From Antechinus flavipes (lineage: Eukaryota): a stretch of 64,000 bases of DNA. The stretch lies in contig NC_067404.1 in NCBI RefSeq assembly GCF_016432865.1, positions 50,716,001-50,780,000 on the forward strand. Direction: 5' to 3'. Positions 56,341 to 64,000 of the stretch are shown piece after piece. Position 1 is the first letter of the stretch. Each line of letters opens with the position of its first letter. Below the pieces are notes generated by a model that saw only the letters and a list, made by a program, of their open reading frames with translations, had not been told where the DNA came from and ran no database searches. The position numbers and the translations under genes were made by a program.

Positions 56341-59300
56341 TTATCAAGATTCACTCATTTTTCAGTTGTGTAACTTCAAATTACAGTTCAAAGACAAAAA
56401 ACCCACAACTGGGATCTCCTCCCAAAATTAGCAATTCAAAAAGAAATTAAATAAGCCTCATTCTATCTTAGTGAGCACAAATACCTACTTGCCCTGACCA
56501 TAGTAGGCAAATGGCCACCAACCACCTGAGAAAAATGGTAGTAATATTGCAGCCTAACTAAATAATATGAAGAAAAAAAAACTGGCATTTTGGATGATAA
56601 ACACTTGTAAACTCATCTGCAGTTCCACAACATTGTCTTTACATTTGAATCCTTTTTCTTAAACAAATCCCTCTAAACTGGTTGCTTTCATGTGTCAAAT
56701 AATAAAAAAATAAAACCCTTGAAGTTAAAGTGAAGAACACTGACCAAAGGAAACAACACTATCAAAGAGCTAAAGATTGTAAGAGTTAGAATTTATTTTA
56801 AAGATCATCTTACAATCAGCTAGTAATACTGAAAAGATAAGACAAGCTAAAATTTTAAATCACATAATTAGATGATTAACTACAGTGTTTCTGAAAAAAA
56901 ATATTTTTCATAGTATAAATGCAAACCATCAATCTCAAAAGATAAAAAAGGGACACATTTCTGTTATCGTAAGTTACCAAATCGAAATGACAGAAATCAT
57001 ACACAACCAGTTGAGAACGTAAATGGCTAATGCTCCACTGGTACCCATGTAATATTAAGAAATCTCAAGTTGGGTAGATTACACTGTGGAGAAAGTATAG
57101 AGAACAGAACAGAATAATAAGATACAAATGGGCTGTGTTCTATAATGGTGAAGTACCCAAACCAATAGGATCAGAGGCCCAAATAACTGCACAGTGACTA
57201 ACACATGCACCTTACTTTGATGGCAGAAAGAGAACAAGGGAATTTTGCAGGCATTTCTAAGGGAAACCTTTCTAAAAAGTTTTTTAGTCTTTTTAGACTT
57301 TTTTAGTCTTCTTTCTTCTCAATTGTCAATCTTCTTGTATGTTTCCCACTTTTATTAAAAATCTAGAGAATTGGATAAGTAAGGTCGCTGGTACTTGATA
57401 TCAGCCTAACAGCATACAATCTGGAGCTCTAGTCTTAAGTAATGCTGAGTTTTCTCATCTATCCTACCAATTAAACTGAATTCAGTTGACTTTTGGAACT
57501 GTTTTAATTCACATTACTGTAATCATTATGTAACTTGTTTTCCTTGCTGCTGATTTATCTGAGTTATCCGTTCATTCAAGTCTACAAACACTTCTCAGAA
57601 TTTCACATTCTTTTAATGTATTCATATTTCAATTACTCCTCAAATGATGGTCACTATTTTCAATTTACTACCACAACACTTTAACCTATGATCTCATAAA
57701 GTTTCTGTAAAATCTTAGAATACTCAAGCATTTAACTTATCCTAGGTCTTAATTTTATAGGGCAGTAAAGATAATGCATAGTCGATGAAATTTCATTAGT
57801 TACTTAATATGATGACAGCTTCTCAGATTTATAAAGAACCTTAGAAGCCAACTAGTCTAACAACTCCAATTCTCTCTACACTGTCAATGACAAGTCATCT
57901 GATATTACAGGGAAAAAACTCAGTACCTCCTGAGAAAGTTCATTCAACTTCAAAAACAGTCATGGTTTTTCTTCTCAGTTCATTTCCCTTTCAAATTTCT
58001 ATCCCAATGTTCCAGATAACTTGCCCTAAGCCCATAAAGCAGATCTTGAAAGAAAAATGTTATAAAGGTTCCTGAGGAATTCTCATTTTCCAAAAATGTG
58101 AAAAACTAGTTTTAAAAGTACTTATTCAAAGAGCAGAAAACTAGGATTCAGAAGTCCTGGGTACTAATGGCTGGTTCAGGAATTAACTAACACTGTAAAC
58201 AAGAGCAAAACATTCATGAGTTCAAGAGAACTTACTTAGCTTTAAAAAAGTTTTAAAAAGTTGCTTTACTCTTATTTGCCTCAGTTTTCTTATCTGTAAA
58301 ATGAGAAGGAAATAGCAAAACACTCCTGTATCTTTGCAAAAACAAACAACAACAAAAAAAAAATGGGGTCGAAGCCACTGAAACAAATGAACAAGAGGCT
58401 CAATGAATCCAATTACAAACCTTTACTCCACTCACTCTGCCTTTTCTACTCAATTGAGAAAACTTTGAAAATCAACAGTTGCAAAGTACCATAATCTCTC
58501 TTATATAACTTTCTCAGTTGCTCCATTAGTAACCTTTCCAAGTCTAATCTTTTAATATATAACTTCTAGAAATGGCCTGTCAACTCGCTCCCTGTACTCC
58601 ACAACACAAATATCTCCCTTCTGGGGGCCTCAATCCTTGATGCATACAAGAATATCCAAATCGTCCCAGCATTTTACCTAATCCTCCCCCACAGCTACTA
58701 TCTTGCCCCTACCTTTGTTCATAGTTGATGACAAATCATTAGAAAGGGTCACCTACATCTGACTACCTCTATTTTGTCACTACATAGTCATCCTTTCTCT
58801 CTTCTCCAATCTACATTCTGAATATACTTCTTTGCTAAAATTGTTCTTTCAAAGACTAGGAATGATCTTTTCCTTTTCTTAATATTCATTCTCCTTAATT
58901 CTCCTCGTTCTCTGGTTGTATTCTCCTTTCAGAAATAGATACCTATGGGTCAGTCTTCTTCGCACAATCATGATGCATATAATATTCCCCAAGTGTAGGG
59001 ACTGATAGAACCTAAACTAAAACTCTTTATTAGGATGAACAGTTTAGCCAAGAAACATTTATCAAGCACCTAGTATGGTGATGGGGTACATTTGAGGACA
59101 GAACAATTTTCAAAAAGTCACATAGCAAAAGAATTATAATCCTTAATTTTTGAGTATTTTGTATTTTATAAAACCCTTTCAGATTAAATGCAACAAAATA
59201 AGGGAGTAGTCCAAGTCATACACAACGAATGGTTTAGTTAAACTATTTTGGTTTTTTTTCCCCTCCAAACAGTAAATCATTAGGACCTAGTTGAATATAT

Positions 59301-59504
59301 GGAGCTAAGAAAGTGCACAATTCTTGTTCCGTTGTAATATTATTTCAATAACCACATGTTTTCTATACCTGGTTAGAATTCCATGTAGACAGCAACTTTT
59401 TAAATGAAAGGATAAATCAATATATTTTTTCTATCAACTTTTTAAGGCATCTCAATAAGTAACTAATGTGTACTGTGAAAAAGGGGGGAAAAAAACTCAG
59501 ATAC

Positions 59505-60680
59505 AAAGAAAGACAATGTGACAGTCTCTATGCTCAAGGAGCTCAATCTAATGGAAGACAACATGCAAACAACTATACACAAACAGTGAATAGTATCTGT
59601 GTGTTTGTACAGGATGAAATATAATCAACAGAGGGAAGGAACAAACATTATGGAGGACACAAAGGTTTCTTAGAAAAGATAGAATTTTATCTGGAACTTG
59701 ATAGAAACCAGGGAGTATAGGGGACAGAGTCAATGGAGGGAGGAAGAAGGGAATAGCAAAAAAAAAAAACAAAAAAAAAAAAAAAACACCAGACCCAGTT
59801 ATTAAGGAGCTCAGTCTAAGTGGAGAGAAAACATGCAAATAATTTATATATAGGAAAACTACAGTCAATCTTAGAGGGCCTAACATTAAGGGGTCTACAA
59901 AAGGCTTCTTGAAGAAAGCCAGGAGACAGAAATGAGGAGGGAGAGCATTCCTGGCATGAGAAGCCAGAAAAAATATCCAAAGTTGGAGATGGAGGAAGGA
60001 GAGGAAGGGGGAGAGGAGAATGGGGGGAAAGGAAAAAGGGAGGGAGGAGAGAGGGAAAGAAGGAGTTAAAGGGGAAAGAATAGATAAGGCTAGTGTCACT
60101 GGCTCAAAAAGAAAATAGCAGGGGAGGAGGGAGAGGAAGTATAAGAAGTCTGGGAATAAAAATGTGATGCAATAGGTTCTAAAAAGCTCCAATGCCAAAC
60201 AAGATTTTATGGAAGTGATAGGGAATCATTAAAAGTTTACTGAGTAAGGGCATGACATGGTCAGACCTGTACTTTGAGAACATTACTATGAAAGCTGAGT
60301 GGAAGATGGACTACAACAAAAAGACCAAAAACACAGAGATCAAACAACATACTACCACAGTCCAGGCATGGGATAATGAAGAATCCAGATGGTGGTAGTG
60401 TCCATAGAGAAGGAAGAATACGTAAGAAAAAATTAAAAAGGCCTTGGAAACAGACTGCATATGAAGGGTGAGAGAGAATAAAGAGTCCAGGATGATATTT
60501 AGGTTATCTGATGGGAAAGATAGTGGGGCCTTTGATAAGAAATGGAGAAGGGTTGGTGAGAAAGATAATGAGTTCAATTTTGGCCATGCTGAGTTCAAGA
60601 TGTCTACCAGATATGCAGTTTGAGATGTCCAACAGGATATTGGAAAAGCAATACTTACTGGGAGTCGGAAGAGAAGTTGG
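59505..60680 (-). mobile_element. L2 fragments (RT C-terminus and duplicated 3' segment)
   Basis: Minus ORFs 60504..60704 (HLELSMAKIELIIF) and 60311..60598 (NLNIILDSLFSLTLHMQSVSK) match L2 RT C-terminal motifs; aaggagctca.tctaa..g...aacatgcaaa occurs at ~59535 and ~59803. Confidence 0.75.
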
Positions 60681-60789
60681 GCACCTTATATTCCCTTTCT
60701 TCACTCTATTCCCTTAATTTTTCAATATAATTCTAGTCATACAGCACTAACTACAAAGAGACTTCTATACTATTTCAAATCCAATGTAT

Positions 60790-61360
60790 CAAGAAACTAA
60801 ACTCACCATGTACCCTCATAAATTAGAATTTAATGAAAACTTCCCCATTTCTGTTAATTCTCTCAGATTCACAGGCACAGTCATCATAGAATCCTGCCTC
60901 TCTCCCTACATTATATCCTGGTGCCAAACCTTACTGCTTCTGTCTTAAGAAAATCTCACATTCCCTCCTCTCCATAATCAATCATTAACATAGTTTATAT
61001 TTCCTAGACTAATAAAAGCCTCTCTTATATGGTTTCCTCCCAACCAAATCACACTTTTCAAAACTCATGGATTTCCATGGATAAGCCAAAATAATCCTCC
61101 TAAAGCAAAGATCTGAGCATATCATTCCCATACTCAAGCCTTAAGTGGCTCCAGACAGAATCTAGGATAAATATGAACTCCTCAGCCTGACACTGAATAT
61201 AATTTACACTCTGGCTTGAAGAATCTTACCTTTGCACATATTCCCTAAACTCTCAAATTTCCCATAAGTGGAATATAACCCTATCAGCTCATGTACAAGT
61301 CTCCACATGAAGTCTTTCCTGAAATGCTTCTACAGACTCAAAATACCTTTTCTTGAGTGA
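60790..61360 (+). mobile_element. L2 fragment, opposite orientation
   Basis: cttccccatttctgttaat...gccaaaataatcctcctaaagcaaagatctgagcatatcattccc...cttaagtggctcc. Confidence 0.6.
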
Positions 61361-61619
61361 TTCAGGTACAAACGATATACCCCAATTACCACCCTGATCC
61401 CACATCCAGCTCCTTAAAAGAATGGTTTTGTTTTTCTCTAAGTACCCTGAATGACTGGAGTGAAACTATGTACACATGAGGCATTGAAGGATGTAAAATA
61501 AGCTATTTTCAACTTTTTTCATCAACTTTGAGACTAATAGGGTTAAACAAGCTAAATGTATCACATCTCTTTGAATATGTCTGCACACATACATTTATGC
61601 AATAGATATAGCTACTTAC

Positions 61620-61699
61620 TGTAAAACAAGAGTGAGTAATTTTATCGCTTGCACTGCAACATCGTATTCTTTATCAAGGGTCATGGAAACAATTCTATC
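61620..61699 (-). CDS. STAG2: STAG2 exon 13-equivalent, 80 nt (DRIVSMTLDKEYDVAVQAIKLLTLVLQ)
   Basis: tttttatag|GATAGAATT ... TTACA|gtaagt; preceded by a 106-nt intron. Confidence 0.95.
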
Positions 61700-61793
61700 C
61701 TATAAAAAGGAAAGAAAATACGTTTAAAAGGGAAAGGGAGACGAGGAAATAAAAACCAGTTTAAAATTCAAGATAATTTGCTTGATAATATCA

Positions 61794-61958
<165 letters not shown>

Positions 61959-62634
61959 TCAAGGTATATAATACTGTCAACTAAAATGGAAACTAAGCAG
62001 GAGAAAAAAATTCTAAAACTTTATAAAAGCCTTTTTTCACTTAATTATTTTATGATATTTAAGCAGTGGAGAAATAAATTAGTACAATTCTAAGGTTCCA
62101 TAAATGTGCATAAAATAGTGTATATATTGCCAAGAACAGTTTCCTACCCTATATAAAACTGCAATTCAAGTCACCAATATCAAAGTCCTTCTATGCCTTG
62201 TTGCCCTTCGATGTGAGTAAAATCTTAATCCATATCAATATAGTGAAAACAGTATATAAGGTAAGTCATATAAAAGTACTTTTGCCTTCTGTACTTCTTA
62301 TTACACTTAAATCAAGTTGGCATATATGATGTTAAATATTTGTAGTTAGGTCTATGTCTATATATAAATGAATAGTATCCACCTACATCATTCAGGAAAT
62401 TCATCTTTAAAGTTATATATATTCTTTCCATACTTCTTGGTCTAAGTATACATAAAATCTAATGTCAAAAATATGTAAAAGTAATCAATTCTCCCCAAAT
62501 TCAAAGTATTCTATGAAATACACTTTGAAAATTATTTTCAAAGAGAAGAACTATACTGTCAAAGATTATGAGGGAATAGTATCTAAGATACCTAATTCAT
62601 CTCTATGTTGTATCCAAATAACTTTTTACATTTA

Positions 62635-62793
<159 letters not shown>

Positions 62794-62831
62794 TTAATAC
62801 AGTATCATCTGAGTATAGAAGTATCATCTGA

Positions 62832-62973
62832 GGGGCAGCTAGGTGGCACAGTAGATAGAACACCAGCCCTGAAGTCAGAAGTTCCGAGTTTAAATCTGGC
62901 CTTAGACACTTAACACATCCTACCTGTGTGACCCTGTACAAGTCACTTAACCCCAACTGCCTCGGAAAAAAAA
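62832..62973 (+). mobile_element. WSINE1-like SINE with target-site duplication AGTATCATCTG
   Basis: ggggcagctaggtggcacagtagatagaacaccagccctgaagtcag...aagtcacttaaccccaactgcctc + A tail; flanks at 62820 and 62974. Confidence 0.9.
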
Positions 62974-63137
62974 AGTATCATCTGGTAGCCTCTACATATA
63001 TGCCACAGTAATAAATATCAGGTCGCTCACAAATAGTATAAAAATAAATAGTATCCAACAAAACCTGATCTGGTTTCAGCTCCAACCATCCTCCCCAAAC
63101 CGCTCCCCATGCCTACAGAAGAAATGATTTGACTTAC

Positions 63138-63211
63138 CGGTATCTATGTACAAAGACTCCTTTAAATATGGCATTCATCATATTTTCTATTTCATCTTGA
63201 TTTTCTTGAAG
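63138..63211 (-). CDS. STAG2: STAG2 exon 10-equivalent, 74 nt (LQENQDEIENMMNAIFKGVFVHRYR)
   Basis: tgcttttag|CTTCAAGAA ... TACCG|gtaagt. Confidence 0.95.
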
Positions 63212-63683
63212 CTAAAAGCATAAACACAACACTCAATAAAATGTTTTTAAGTGGATACATGCTCCAAAAGCACAAAAAATCTTTTAGGGATGTCAAAGGG
63301 GGACATGACATTGCTTCTTACTAAGATAAAGCTTACTCTCTTACAAATGTGCCTAGGCAATTCTACTCAATTTTGCTTTTCAAATGTAGTCACTGAAAAA
63401 ATGCATCCTGTATACTGAAAGTGCTTGACTGAAACACTTCACGTTCAGCCTTTATCTAAAACCAAATTGATGGAAAAAAAACATACTTCTCTTTACTTTC
63501 TAAGAAATTTTAAAAGCATTATTTTAGTTGTTAAAATAAATCCTAAATTACATAAAATTTGAAGTAATCCATTTTATGTCTGTGGAAAAGAAGTTAGCAA
63601 AGTTAGATGAATAATTCAGTGCCACCGAGTTAGTTAAATATTGCCTATGCCCGGAAATGTACTGACAGCTAACCATACTGTTA

Positions 63684-63896
<213 letters not shown>

Positions 63897-64000
63897 TTAA
63901 GCTAAGTTCAAACCTACTATTCACAAGAAAAAAAGGCAAAGTTCAGGCAGCTGCCACAACTATACTCAAAATTTTCTACTCTGTTATATAATAGCACTTC

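Noticed and set aside
59548-60198. 216-aa ORF, the longest gap-free ORF in the track
   Set aside because: L/F/S/P-rich translation of the pyrimidine-rich strand of L2 plus a polypyrimidine tract; no recognisable domain.

Overview
This is eukaryotic, AT-rich genomic DNA. The interspersed repeats look marsupial (WSINE1/Mar1-like SINEs, L2, CR1/L3, L1, RTE-like); an Australian marsupial such as a dasyurid is plausible but cannot be proven here. The window holds the 3' portion of the cohesin subunit gene STAG2 (SA-2) on the minus strand: 27 coding exons equivalent to human exons 9-35. All have GT-AG boundaries and total 3125 nt in one unbroken frame ending ...VLGVSMF* at 14270. The 3'UTR runs to a poly(A) signal near 12124 and contains two assembly gaps. 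The 5' exons lie beyond position 64000. The remaining ~12 kb is intergenic repeat-rich DNA. I found no convincing new multi-gene system. The items most worth a second look are: a ~1.9 kb L2-derived minisatellite with a dimeric higher-order structure (5358-7220); a Phe-to-Ser change in a conserved STAG motif (40644); lineage-specific splice architecture at exons 30-32, including a competing donor that would create an immediate stop; and an A-rich expansion with extra poly(A) signals in the 3'UTR. All comparisons to human STAG2 and to repeat or miRNA consensus sequences are from memory, not from a search, and repeat boundaries are approximate.
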